From positions 75,068 to 99,067 of the forward strand of contig NZ_CABGGS010000006.1 in assembly GCF_902158555.1 (NCBI RefSeq): a DNA stretch of 24,000 bases, in the 5' to 3' direction. Numbering within the stretch: the first letter of the stretch is position 1; the number at the start of each line of letters is the position of its first letter. Shown here in pieces: positions 1-7,903 of this stretch. The notes beneath the pieces are model-generated. The model did not search any database. It was not told where the DNA came from and saw only the letters and a program-made list of their open reading frames with translations. Made by a program: the position numbers and the translations under genes. Origin of the DNA: Klebsiella spallanzanii (lineage in GTDB: Bacteria > Pseudomonadota > Gammaproteobacteria > Enterobacterales > Enterobacteriaceae).

Positions 1-240
1 CGCGACAGGGGTCTGGCTTTTTACCGGTACCGTATTTTGTGCGACCTGCATAGAGGCATTCTGTTTATCCTGTAATTCTCGCACCTGACTTTCCGCGATG
101 TTCGCCCGACTTTCGGCGGCGGCAAGCCGCGCTTCAAGCTGTTCCATTCGTTGTTCCAGCGTCAGTGAATTATTTTTCGCCACCGCTGAACCTGCTATCA
201 GACATAAACCAATCGCTATCGATAATACTTTTTTATTCAT
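1..240 (-). CDS. Carbohydrate porin, ScrY/RafY-like; N-terminal 80 codons only, gene continues past the left edge
   Basis: Hand translation of the reverse strand from ATG at 240-238 gives MNKKVLSIAIGLCLIAGSAVAKNNSLTLEQRMEQLEARLAAAESRANIAESQVRELQDKQNASMQ... This is a signal peptide ending AVA, followed by a heptad/coiled-coil stretch like the N-terminal extension of sucrose porin ScrY. It lies downstream of a raf-type operon. It is absent from the ORF track because it is open-ended. Confidence 0.5.
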   Translation of the reverse strand, partial: MNKKVLSIAIGLCLIAGSAVAKNNSLTLEQRMEQLEARLAAAESRANIAESQVRELQDKQNASMQVAQNTVPVKSQTPVA

Positions 241-267
241 TTTTATATTCCGGAGGTAAAAGAAGGT

Positions 268-290
268 CAGGTGAGCAGAAAACTCACCTG
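268..290 (-). terminator. Stem-loop between the acetyltransferase and the porin start; possible intrinsic terminator or attenuator
   Basis: Perfect 8-bp stem caggtgag (268-275) / ctcacctg (283-290) with a 7-nt loop. On the minus-strand transcript the stem is followed by ACCUUCUUUUACC, which is only moderately U-rich. It sits about 28 nt upstream of the porin ATG. Confidence 0.4.
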
Positions 291-348
291 TGTTTATTTC
301 TAATTATTTATATGATACGGAAAGTTTAAATTTTTATTTTATATATTA

Positions 349-939
349 TCACTCCACAAATAGCTGATATTTATTTTTATCCTCATCGGTAATGTTTCTT
401 AATACCCGGCAAGGTATCCCGGCGGCGACCACGTTTGCCGGTATTGAGCGATTAACCACGCTGCCGGCGCCAATCACCGAGTTTTTGCCGATGGTGACGC
501 CCGGGTTGATAATCACCCCCGTGCCCAACCAGACGCCATCCTCAATAACCACTGGCTGCGAGAAGAACTGTTGCGTGTGGCGCAGCGTCGGATGGACCGG
601 GTGTCCGGCGGTGGAAATCGTCACGTTTGGCGCAAACATCACGTCATTGCCAATAGTAATATCAGCGTCATCGACCAGCGTCATATTGAAATTAGCGTAG
701 AAGTTATCGCCAATAGTCGTGTGAATACCGTAGGCAATATAAACCGGCGGTTCGATCCAGCATTTTTTACCCACGCTGGCAAACATCCGTTGGATAATAT
801 CGTTTCTTAATTCCTGGTTAAAAGGGTGCGAATGATTATATTCATAGGCTCGTGCTTTTCCCATTAACCGCTGTTCGGGTAATCCATGACCCGCATCAGA
901 ATAGAGTTCTCCGCTATTCATGATTTTTCTCATATCCAT
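349..939 (-). CDS. Maltose/galactoside O-acetyltransferase family protein (left-handed beta-helix, Maa/LacA-like)
   Basis: 196-aa ORF. It aligns by eye along its full length with E. coli Maa (GELY..., YNHS, IEPP, IGDNFFANF-like IGDNFYANF, TAGHPVHP versus TATHPIDP, INPGVTIG hexapeptide repeats, NVVAAGIPCRV). It is probably co-transcribed with rafB, since no hairpin occurs in 940-999. Confidence 0.85.
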   Translation of the reverse strand: MDMRKIMNSGELYSDAGHGLPEQRLMGKARAYEYNHSHPFNQELRNDIIQRMFASVGKKCWIEPPVYIAYGIHTTIGDNFYANFNMTLVDDADITIGNDVMFAPNVTISTAGHPVHPTLRHTQQFFSQPVVIEDGVWLGTGVIINPGVTIGKNSVIGAGSVVNRSIPANVVAAGIPCRVLRNITDEDKNKYQLFVE

Positions 940-999
940 CGTTTAACTATTCCTAATTTATTTAACACATCCCTGTGAAGTCATTAATTCATCTTTTTA

Positions 1000-2265
1000 T
1001 CAAACCGTCATGGCATTATCGCTAATATTTTCCGATTTTCTCTTCCCCGACAAGGTAAAGGCGGAGATTAACGTGACGGCCAGGGCGATTCCGCCAAGGA
1101 TCATATAGGTATCCTGAAAACCGATCCGGTCATACATATTGCCAGCGAAAGCAGAGAGGAAAATCGCCGCCACCTGTTTGGAAAACTGGAAGCCGACCAG
1201 ATAAATCGTCGCCGACAGGCGGACATCAAATACGCCGGTAATATATTTAAACGCACCCACCAGCAGGAACGGCACTTCCAGCGCATGGAGCATTTTCAGG
1301 GCCACTACTTCCGCAGCGGTCGTGGCGAACGAGGAACCAATCATCCTTGCCGCCATCACCATCCCAGCAATCAGCAGCGTGTTCTTCGCCCCGATGCGGT
1401 TAATAATCCACGGCGAGCTGAACATAATTATCGCGTTACAAATTTCCCCGGCGGTGGTCGCAAAACCAAAGGCGCGGGTGCCTGATTCCGGAGTGGCAAA
1501 GAAGGATTTAAAGAAGGTGGCAAACTGCTGATCGAAGACGTCATACACACAGGCTACGCCAATCACGTAGAGGATAAACATCCACATTTTACGCTGGCGG
1601 AACATGCTCACGGCGGTTTTTAAATCCACCGCCGGGCGATTCGCGCCCAAAGAATCCATCACCTGGGCGCTCTGGCTGGCCTGCGGTTTAGCGATAGCCA
1701 CCAGCACAACCAGCACCAGCGCGGCGGCCGATCCCATCCAGAACACCCACTCCGGGTTTACGCTAAACAGCATCCCGGCCGTGGTCGCGCACAGCGCCCA
1801 GCCGAGGCAGCCAAAAGTACGCGCCTTGCCGTACTCGAACCCGCTATTGCGGCTCACGCGTTCGATATAGGCTTCCATCGCCCCGGCACCGGCGGAGAAA
1901 ACAAAGCCAATATAAGCACCGCCGCTTAGCGCGCCGAGCCAGATATTGGTTTTCAACAGCGGCGCAAAAACGTAGAGGAAAAAGGGAGCAATCAGCACCA
2001 GCAGCACGGTCACTATCCACATCAGGTGCTTTTTCAGCCCGAGCTTGTCGGAAATCACGCCCAGGATGGGCTGAAAGCAGATAGCGAACAGCGACAGGCT
2101 GGAGAAAACGATACCGGTCTCGGTTTTATTCAGGCCGATGACATCCGATAGCCAGATCGGCAAAAACGGAAAGCAGGTGGCCATAATGAAAAAGTAGAGA
2201 AAGAAGAACAGCCCGAAAATCCAGAAATTGGGGTTGTTTTTATGGGTACAGACGGTCGGGTTCAT
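1000..2265 (-). CDS. rafB: LacY-family oligosaccharide:H+ symporter (raffinose permease type)
   Basis: Near-colinear with LacY (NPNFWIFGLFFFLYFFIMATCFPFLPIWL, LGVISDKLGLKKHL, FGCLGWALCA, YDVFDQQFATFF, KYITGVFDVRLSATIYLV). Start trimmed to ATG at 2265 (MNPTVCTHKNNPNFW), which has a GAGGA Shine-Dalgarno. The track's 15-aa N-terminal extension has none. Confidence 0.85.
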   Translation of the reverse strand: MNPTVCTHKNNPNFWIFGLFFFLYFFIMATCFPFLPIWLSDVIGLNKTETGIVFSSLSLFAICFQPILGVISDKLGLKKHLMWIVTVLLVLIAPFFLYVFAPLLKTNIWLGALSGGAYIGFVFSAGAGAMEAYIERVSRNSGFEYGKARTFGCLGWALCATTAGMLFSVNPEWVFWMGSAAALVLVVLVAIAKPQASQSAQVMDSLGANRPAVDLKTAVSMFRQRKMWMFILYVIGVACVYDVFDQQFATFFKSFFATPESGTRAFGFATTAGEICNAIIMFSSPWIINRIGAKNTLLIAGMVMAARMIGSSFATTAAEVVALKMLHALEVPFLLVGAFKYITGVFDVRLSATIYLVGFQFSKQVAAIFLSAFAGNMYDRIGFQDTYMILGGIALAVTLISAFTLSGKRKSENISDNAMTV

Positions 2266-2306
2266 TGTGTTTTCCTCAAAAAGGGCCGACGCGCGGCCCG
2301 TCGCCA

Positions 2307-4430
2307 TCACACGCGTTGCAGGCCAATCAAAATGGCGCTTTCCGGGTCAAGGATTGGCAGCGCCAGTCCCGCCTGTTGTAACCACTCGCCGCTTACGGTC
2401 TGCGGCGTCGTCATCCATTCCGGCAGCTTACGCATCGTATGGCCACCCTCTCCTGTAATTTGAATATTCGGATGATCGAGCAGCGTCACCTGATAGCGCG
2501 CGCCCGCGTCCAGGCCCGCCACGCGCAGCGGCGCCATCAGGGTGTAGTCCGGCATCGCCAGCTGGCTGACGAGGAAAATAGCCTGGCTCTTATCTTCACT
2601 GACCACGCCGTGCGCGAGCGTCGTGGAGTCCGGCATATCTGCCCGCCACTGCACGCCGTGATGGATTAAGTCGCGCCACTGCTTATGCAACGCCGCATAT
2701 TTGCGATAACCCGCGCGCTCTTGTTCGTCAGCGTTCACCGGGTCCAGCTCAAGGCCCATATGGCCGAACAGCGCCGTCAGGCCGCGAAAAGCAATACTGT
2801 GCTGGCGGAAGGTGGCGTGGCAGTGGTGGTTGCCGATGTGCGCGCCCATCACTTCCGGTGGGAAGAAGTAGCTCATGCCGCGCTGAATGGTATTGCGCTC
2901 CAGGGCATCGTTATTGTCGGAAGCCCAGAAGCGGTGGCTGCGCTTCAGCACTTCATAGTCGATACGCCCGCCGCCGGAGGAGCAGGATTCAAACTCGATA
3001 TGCGGGAAACGAGCCACCAGCGTATCCAGCAGGCGGTAGAACTGACGGGTCTGCGCGTCGGCGGCGGCTTTGCCGTTATGCCCTGGCTGCACCAGCTCGC
3101 GGTTCATATCCCACTTCACATAGTCCACGGCGTGCTCGCCCAGCAGCCAGCTCATCCGCTCCAGCAGATAGTCAAAGGCTTCGGGGATATTCAGGTTCAG
3201 CACAAACTGATGACGCCCAGGGATCAGCGTATAGCCCGGCAGCGCCAGCACCCAATCCGGATGTGCGCGATACAAATCCGAATTCGGGTTAATCATTTCC
3301 GGCTCAACCCAGATACCAAACTCCATTCCCAGCGACTTCACGTGGTCGATAACCGGGGCCAGGCCGTTAGGGTATTTTTTCTCGTCGAGATACCAGTCGC
3401 CGAGCGCCGCCCAGTCGTCATTGCGCCCTTTAAACCAGCCGTCATCGATGATAAAGCGCTCAACCCCCAGCTCCGCCGCCTCATCCGCCATGCGCATGAT
3501 GTACTGCGGGTCGTGGTCGAAATAGATCCCTTCCCATGTATTGAGGTGCACCGGGCGCGGTTTGTTGCCGGGGAAACGAATAATCTGCTCGCGCAGGTAG
3601 CGGTGGAACTGCTGGCTCATGCCGTTCAGCCCTTGCGCGGAGTAGCTGGCGTAGAGATTCGGGGTCCACAGCGTTTCGCCTTCCGCCAGCGCCATTTCGC
3701 CCGGCAGGTAGAGGGCTTCCGCCTGCAGATAGCGGCGACCATCGGTTTTGGCCTCCGCCCGCAGACGGTGGTTGCCGCTCCAGCCCAGATGCACGCCCCA
3801 CACTTCTCCCTGCATCTCGCTAAAGGCTTTGCTACCGGTAATCAGCGCCGGAAAATGTTCATGAGAGGTGCGTCCGCGGCGGTTTTCCAGCACGAAGCTG
3901 TCATGCTCCAGAATCAGACGATGGGGCTGGAATTCACGGATCCAGCGGCCATGAAAGGCCATCACTTCGCGGGCGCGCTCGGCGACCGGCAGCGTAATCG
4001 CCAGACGGTCCACCTGCCAGGGCTGCGCGCGCAGGTTGGTTAAACCATGACGAACGCTCAGTACGCCGCTGCTGTCGAGCTGGATTTCACTGCATAACCG
4101 CAGGCCTGCCTGCGAGTCTTCGCTGGTAATCGTTAAATTTTGCCCATCCTGCACCACATCGGTGGTGGTAAAAATCGGCGAGGCGTCCAGACCCTGGCGA
4201 TGACCTTCAATACCCGGCGCGCCGAACAGACCGTGGCCCAGCTCGGCCATTAACGTTACCGGTGAATCAACGTCCACGCGGCTATTGGCGACCGGACGAG
4301 CCAGACTGACCGCATCCTGCGGCGAAAAGTGGCTTAAATGCGGCCCCCAGTAGATAATTTCGGCGAACGGATGGGTTTTTATCACCACATCAGCTACAGC
4401 GCTTTGCAGGCGTAAAATCGAATCAGACAT
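2307..4430 (-). CDS. rafA: Alpha-galactosidase, GH36 (raffinose/melibiose hydrolase)
   Basis: 707 aa from ATG at 4430 (MSDSILRLQSA), preceded by GGAG. GH36 hallmarks are present: YVKWDMNRE and FESCSSGGGRIDYE. Its size matches RafA-type enzymes, and it sits between a LacI-family regulator and a LacY-family permease. Confidence 0.9.
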   Translation of the reverse strand: MSDSILRLQSAVADVVIKTHPFAEIIYWGPHLSHFSPQDAVSLARPVANSRVDVDSPVTLMAELGHGLFGAPGIEGHRQGLDASPIFTTTDVVQDGQNLTITSEDSQAGLRLCSEIQLDSSGVLSVRHGLTNLRAQPWQVDRLAITLPVAERAREVMAFHGRWIREFQPHRLILEHDSFVLENRRGRTSHEHFPALITGSKAFSEMQGEVWGVHLGWSGNHRLRAEAKTDGRRYLQAEALYLPGEMALAEGETLWTPNLYASYSAQGLNGMSQQFHRYLREQIIRFPGNKPRPVHLNTWEGIYFDHDPQYIMRMADEAAELGVERFIIDDGWFKGRNDDWAALGDWYLDEKKYPNGLAPVIDHVKSLGMEFGIWVEPEMINPNSDLYRAHPDWVLALPGYTLIPGRHQFVLNLNIPEAFDYLLERMSWLLGEHAVDYVKWDMNRELVQPGHNGKAAADAQTRQFYRLLDTLVARFPHIEFESCSSGGGRIDYEVLKRSHRFWASDNNDALERNTIQRGMSYFFPPEVMGAHIGNHHCHATFRQHSIAFRGLTALFGHMGLELDPVNADEQERAGYRKYAALHKQWRDLIHHGVQWRADMPDSTTLAHGVVSEDKSQAIFLVSQLAMPDYTLMAPLRVAGLDAGARYQVTLLDHPNIQITGEGGHTMRKLPEWMTTPQTVSGEWLQQAGLALPILDPESAILIGLQRV

Positions 4431-4466
4431 CAGACATCTCCACAACAAGGAATGCCTTACTGTTGA

Positions 4467-4482
4467 TCCGAAACGTTTCGGA
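4467..4482. promoter_or_regulatory. LacI-family operator, perfect 16-bp palindrome TCCGAAACGTTTCGGA (raf O-site type)
   Basis: Perfect dyad with central CG in the rafR-rafA intergenic region. It is paired with a second near-identical copy 22 bp away. Confidence 0.75.
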
Positions 4483-4488
4483 CGCCAA

Positions 4489-4502
4489 CCAAAACGTTTC
4501 GG
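4489..4502. promoter_or_regulatory. Second LacI-family operator, CCAAAACGTTTCGG (one mismatch from a perfect dyad)
   Basis: Same core AAACGTTT as 4467-4482. On the minus strand the two sites flank TTGGCG, a candidate -35, matching the twin-operator layout described for the plasmid raf operon. Confidence 0.65.
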
Positions 4503-4505
4503 ATC

Positions 4506-4521
4506 CGTGATCGAGTTCAGG
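4506..4521. promoter_or_regulatory. Candidate CRP site (cGTGA-N6-TCAgg) upstream of the raf operators
   Basis: Seven of 10 core positions match TGTGA-N6-TCACA with correct spacing, and the site lies upstream of the rafA promoter region. This is a weak match. Confidence 0.3.
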
Positions 4522-4544
4522 AAATTAATCTGATGGCAAGGGAA

Positions 4545-5540
4545 TCAGGCGGTTTCGCCGGGGATAAATTCAGGCTGCCAGAGCACCTGGAGAGAGGCGA
4601 GATCGTCACCGGCAATCAAGCGACGAACCATGCTGGCTATCTGGCGCCCAACGCCCTGCCGGGTAGATTGAATCACCGCGCCAACCGGGGTTTCAATGAT
4701 GCTGTCCTGCGGCAAGCCGTCGTAAACCACCAGCGAAACGCGATTTTCGCCGGTAAGACGTCCCTGCTGGGCAAGAGCCATCGCCGCGCCGTCACCGTGG
4801 CTGTTGCAATCGGTGACAATCGCCGTGGGCGGTTCAGGCAAACGCAGCAGCTCCATCGTTGCCTGAAACCCACTGCGGCGGGTTGGCGACACGCTGCGCA
4901 GCCAGTCCTCGGCTAATCCGGCTTCGCGTAGCGCTTGCAGATAACCGTTGCGGCGTTGAGTAATAAACGCCTGATTATTATTTTCGCTCAATAACGCGAT
5001 GCGCTGATGCCCCTGGCTAATCAGGTGGCGGGTAGCGCGATAGGTTCCGGCCTGGTTGTCGAAATCAAACCAGGCGTAGGGTTGCGGCAGGCGGCTGCGG
5101 CCCAGGGCCAGAAACGGAAAACCCGATGAGAGCAGCTGCGCCAGACGCGGATCGTCATCGAGGGTATGCGCGACAATCAACGCATCAACGCGACGACTCT
5201 GCACCATACGCATATACCCGTGCTTGTCGGCTTGTTCATCATCGGCAATCAGCAGTAAATCAATCTCATAGCGCGCCAGCTCGTGGCTGATTTCACCGAC
5301 CATATCGAGAAAAACGTTGTTATTCAGCGGCGCAGGACGCACGGGGAAAACGAGGCCAACGGCGTCAATTTTGCCCATCTTCAGACGACGGGCGAAGGTA
5401 TTCGGGCGATATCCGCGACGCTGCGCTTCGGCTTCCACGCGGGCGCGCGTCTCCTGCGACACGTCGTCGTAGCCGTTTAACGCACGGCTGACGGTCGTGA
5501 CCGAGATCCCAAGTTCTTTAGCAATGGCTTTCAACGACAT
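4545..5540 (-). CDS. rafR: LacI-family transcriptional repressor (raffinose operon repressor type)
   Basis: 331 aa. N-terminal LacI HTH (MSLKAIAKELGISVTTVSRALNGYDDVSQETRARVEAEAQRRGYRPN) plus a periplasmic-binding-protein-like core. It lies directly upstream of rafA, with palindromic operators between them. Confidence 0.8.
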   Translation of the reverse strand: MSLKAIAKELGISVTTVSRALNGYDDVSQETRARVEAEAQRRGYRPNTFARRLKMGKIDAVGLVFPVRPAPLNNNVFLDMVGEISHELARYEIDLLLIADDEQADKHGYMRMVQSRRVDALIVAHTLDDDPRLAQLLSSGFPFLALGRSRLPQPYAWFDFDNQAGTYRATRHLISQGHQRIALLSENNNQAFITQRRNGYLQALREAGLAEDWLRSVSPTRRSGFQATMELLRLPEPPTAIVTDCNSHGDGAAMALAQQGRLTGENRVSLVVYDGLPQDSIIETPVGAVIQSTRQGVGRQIASMVRRLIAGDDLASLQVLWQPEFIPGETA

Positions 5541-5615
5541 AAGTATCCCTGTCTTCGCGGGAGAATGCGGCTAGTGTCCCGCAATACGGCCATGGCGTCC
5601 AGCATGCCGCCGTGA

Positions 5616-6164
5616 CTAGTTTTGCTCGGCCACCAGCAGCGCCTGAGTATCCGGCTCCAGCGCCTGGAAAACGTGCTCCCGGTCTGCGGGATAGCAAATG
5701 TAATCCCCTTCGCCCAGTTCTTCCGGCGCTTCCGTCAGGCCAACCCGCGCTCGCCCCTGGGTGACAATAATATGCTCCACTGAACCCGGCGGATGCGGCT
5801 GCGAAATACGGTCCGCTCCCGGCTGGGTCAATAAGAGATAAATATCGCGCCGTGCGCCCGGCGGGCAGGCAGCCAGGAGGATCGCCTGATAGTTTGCCTG
5901 CTCGGCGATAACTTTCGTCCCCTCGCCACGACGGATCACCTGGGTCGTATTGACCTGCGGCTCCAGCAGACGAGCGAAGGGAATATCGAGAGCCACGCAC
6001 AGCGCCCACAGGGTTTCCAGGCTCGGGTTGCCGTTGCCGGACTCCAGCTGCGATAACGTCGATTTGGCAATCCCCGCCCGCCGCGCAACTTCGGCGAGGG
6101 AAATCCCGGTACGCGCACGTTCACGTACCAGACTTTTGGCTATCAGACTAATTGGCTGAGTCAT
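5616..6164 (-). CDS. XRE-family HTH plus C-terminal cupin transcriptional regulator (PuuR/SutR-like architecture)
   Basis: 182 aa from ATG at 6164, preceded by GGAG. The HTH is GISLAEVARRAGIAKSTLSQLESGNGNPSLETLWALCVAL, followed by a cupin-like C-terminal half (GSVEHIIVTQG...GDYICYPADREH). The track's 61-aa N-terminal extension runs through the divergent promoter and was discarded. Confidence 0.8.
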   Translation of the reverse strand: MTQPISLIAKSLVRERARTGISLAEVARRAGIAKSTLSQLESGNGNPSLETLWALCVALDIPFARLLEPQVNTTQVIRRGEGTKVIAEQANYQAILLAACPPGARRDIYLLLTQPGADRISQPHPPGSVEHIIVTQGRARVGLTEAPEELGEGDYICYPADREHVFQALEPDTQALLVAEQN

Positions 6165-6186
6165 ACACTGCTCCGTGTTTTTTATA

Positions 6187-6203
6187 ACGAACGATTCGTT
6201 CGT
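6187..6203. promoter_or_regulatory. Perfect 17-bp palindrome ACGAACGA-T-TCGTTCGT; candidate operator of the XRE-cupin regulator
   Basis: 8-bp arms around a central T, located in the 100-bp divergent region between the regulator (start 6164) and azlC (start 6265). An extra half-site, ATTCGTTCG, occurs at 6241-6249 just before the azlC Shine-Dalgarno. Confidence 0.6.
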
Positions 6204-6264
6204 CTTGAAATGCGATTCTGTTGCGTTCATTATAATGGAAATTCGTTCGATATGGCTAAAGAGT

Positions 6265-6924
6265 ATGAAGCAGCACTTCGCCAGCCTCAAAGGCGACACC
6301 ATCAAAGCAATTGTATTAGTCTGCCTGGCGGTCGGCATCGTCGGCATGTCCTACGGCTCGCTGGCTATCGCCTATGGCTTTCCCATTTGGGTGCCTTTTG
6401 TCCTCTCAGTTTGCGTGCTGGCGGGTGCTTCTGAGTTTATGTTTATTGGGATTGTCGCCAGCGGCGGCAACCCGTTGGCAGCGGCAGCGGCCGGTTTACT
6501 GGTTAACGCCCGCCATATTCCTTTCGGCGTCACGGTACGCGATCTGGTCGGCCAGCGCGCCGCCAGCTTCCTCGGTTGCCACATCATGAACGACGAAAGC
6601 GTGGTGTTTGGTCTGTCGCAGAAAACACCCGAACAGCGCCGGGCTGCCTACTGGCTATGCGGTCTGGGCGTGGCGCTGATTTGGCCGCTGGGGGCGTTAT
6701 TGGGCGCGGGGGTCGGCAAGCTGCTCCCGGCACCGGAGACCATCGGCCTCGATGCGGTATTCCCGGCGATTCTGTTGGCGCTGGTGGTTCCGGCATTTAA
6801 AAACCGCACGACGCTTATTCGCGCCTGTAGCGGAGCAGCGCTATCGCTGGCCGCGGTACCCTTTTCGCCGGTTGGCCTGCCGGTCCTGCTGTCGCTGTTT
6901 GGCCTGCTGACGAGGAAAAAATAA
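6265..6924 (+). CDS. azlC: AzlC-family branched-chain amino acid exporter subunit (YgaZ-like)
   Basis: 219 aa from ATG at 6265. It is a polytopic membrane protein with AzlC-like features (GASEFMFIG, LVNARHIPFG) and is translationally coupled to an AzlD-like ORF through a TAATG overlap at 6922-6926. Confidence 0.75.
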   Translation: MKQHFASLKGDTIKAIVLVCLAVGIVGMSYGSLAIAYGFPIWVPFVLSVCVLAGASEFMFIGIVASGGNPLAAAAAGLLVNARHIPFGVTVRDLVGQRAASFLGCHIMNDESVVFGLSQKTPEQRRAAYWLCGLGVALIWPLGALLGAGVGKLLPAPETIGLDAVFPAILLALVVPAFKNRTTLIRACSGAALSLAAVPFSPVGLPVLLSLFGLLTRKK

Positions 6925-7247
6925 TGGGCAATATGACGCTATTTATTGCCGGTATTGCCGTGCTATCTCTGGGAACCTATTTAATGCGTTTAGGTGGGGC
7001 AAAGCTCGGCAACCGTTTAGCCTTTTCCGAACGCTCCCAGGCGCTGCTTTCCGATGCGGCGACGGTGCTGCTCTTTTCCGTGGCGCTGGCGACCACTTTT
7101 TATGAAGGGGAGCATTTTGCCGGGATGGCGCGGGTGTTGGGCGTGGGCTTTGCGGTGTTCCTCGCCTGGCGCAAGATGCCGTTGATCGTGGTGATTATTG
7201 CCGCGGCCGTGGTGACGGCACTGTTACGAATGGCGGGGATACATTAA
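6924..7247 (+). CDS. azlD: AzlD-family small membrane subunit (YgaH-like)
   Basis: 107-aa hydrophobic protein immediately following and overlapping azlC. Its size and position are typical of AzlD/YgaH. Confidence 0.7.
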   Translation: MGNMTLFIAGIAVLSLGTYLMRLGGAKLGNRLAFSERSQALLSDAATVLLFSVALATTFYEGEHFAGMARVLGVGFAVFLAWRKMPLIVVIIAAAVVTALLRMAGIH

Positions 7248-7284
7248 AAAACGATTTTGCATTTAGACGATGTGCGTGCATTTC

Positions 7285-7318
7285 TGCCGGGTGGCGGCTA
7301 ACGCCTGACCCGGCCTAC
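7285..7318. repeat. REP (repetitive extragenic palindrome) element between convergent operons
   Basis: tGCCGGGTGGCGGCTAACGCCTGACCCGGCctac contains stem GCCGGGT (7286-7292) / ACCCGGC (7308-7314), with an inner GGCG/CGCC pairing and the typical trailing CTAC. It closely resembles the enterobacterial REP consensus. Confidence 0.7.
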
Positions 7319-7348
7319 AAAACCCGATATATCAAAAAATTATACGTC

Positions 7349-7903
7349 TTACTGTATTTGTGCTTCGATCCAACGGGTAACGGATGCAATCTCCAGCGGC
7401 TGCTGCTGATCAACCGTAAACACCGGCCCCAGGCGCATCGGTTCCACCCGTTGCGCCAGTAGCGCCAGCTCCGGGAGATACTCTTCACCCGGATGTCCCG
7501 GTTTGCGATCCTGCAACCGCGCGGCGTAGCGCGATACCGCAAGTTCTGGCGAGATGTGATTCCAGACCTCAAGGACCTTTTCAACGCCAGCCTGCTGAAG
7601 CAATTGCTGCAATGTTTCACGCGGCTGAAAACCAAACCAGGCGTCGACCAGCCAGACGCAGCCCGCCGGAGACTGACCGACAATCGACCAAATAACCTCA
7701 TAGGCGGCGCAGCCCAGCTGCCGATTGAAGGGTCGATCAATGTCAGTAAAGCGCGCCATAAAGGGCTCTTTAATACCGTCAATGGTCAGCAGCGGCAGAT
7801 TAAATGTTGCCGAGAGCTGCCGGGTGACGGTGCTTTTACCCGATGCGGGAATGCCGTTAATTAAAATCACCGTTTTGCAGCCGGGAGTGAGATGTCTGTT
7901 CAT
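7349..7903 (-). CDS. Small P-loop kinase/ATPase (AAA_33 / gluconokinase / chloramphenicol-phosphotransferase-like fold); substrate unknown
   Basis: 184 aa with Walker A ILINGIPASGKST near the N-terminus. The C-terminal VFTVDQQQPLEIASVTRWIE resembles the GntK tail VLVVDIDQPLEGVV by eye. Its ATG overlaps the stop of the upstream EIIA gene (ATGA at 7903-7900). Confidence 0.6.
   Translation of the reverse strand: MNRHLTPGCKTVILINGIPASGKSTVTRQLSATFNLPLLTIDGIKEPFMARFTDIDRPFNRQLGCAAYEVIWSIVGQSPAGCVWLVDAWFGFQPRETLQQLLQQAGVEKVLEVWNHISPELAVSRYAARLQDRKPGHPGEEYLPELALLAQRVEPMRLGPVFTVDQQQPLEIASVTRWIEAQIQ

Noticed and set aside
2685-4043. 452-aa plus-strand ORF, and the nested ORFs at 2858-3292 (+) and 3481-3801 (-), inside rafA
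   Set aside because: They lie in the antisense or an alternative frame of a well-supported GH36 gene. The translations are Arg/Ala/Gln-rich and of low complexity, as is typical of spurious ORFs in GC-rich coding DNA. They have no Shine-Dalgarno and no recognisable motifs.
5518-6009. 163-aa minus-strand ORF overlapping the XRE-cupin gene and the rafR start
   Set aside because: It is an alternative frame of a convincing regulator gene. The translation is Gly/Ala/Arg/Ser-rich with no motifs, and it would run through the rafR promoter and start.
6231-6236. Perfect TATAAT upstream of azlC as a -10 element
   Set aside because: The best -35-like hexamer (TTGAAA, 6205-6210) is 20 bp away, which is outside the normal 16-18 bp spacer. 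The promoter call cannot be supported without transcription-start data.
6175-6264. N-terminal extensions proposed by the ORF track (azlC from 6175, XRE to 6347, rafB to 2310, rafA to 4448, EIIB to 11206, pfk-like to 12255, EIIA-Man from 20276, frvX from 14541)
   Set aside because: In each case an internal ATG with a good Shine-Dalgarno aligns with the N-terminus expected for the family. The extensions run through promoters or operators, or begin at TTG codons. The 20276 start lies inside the sigma-54 -12 element.
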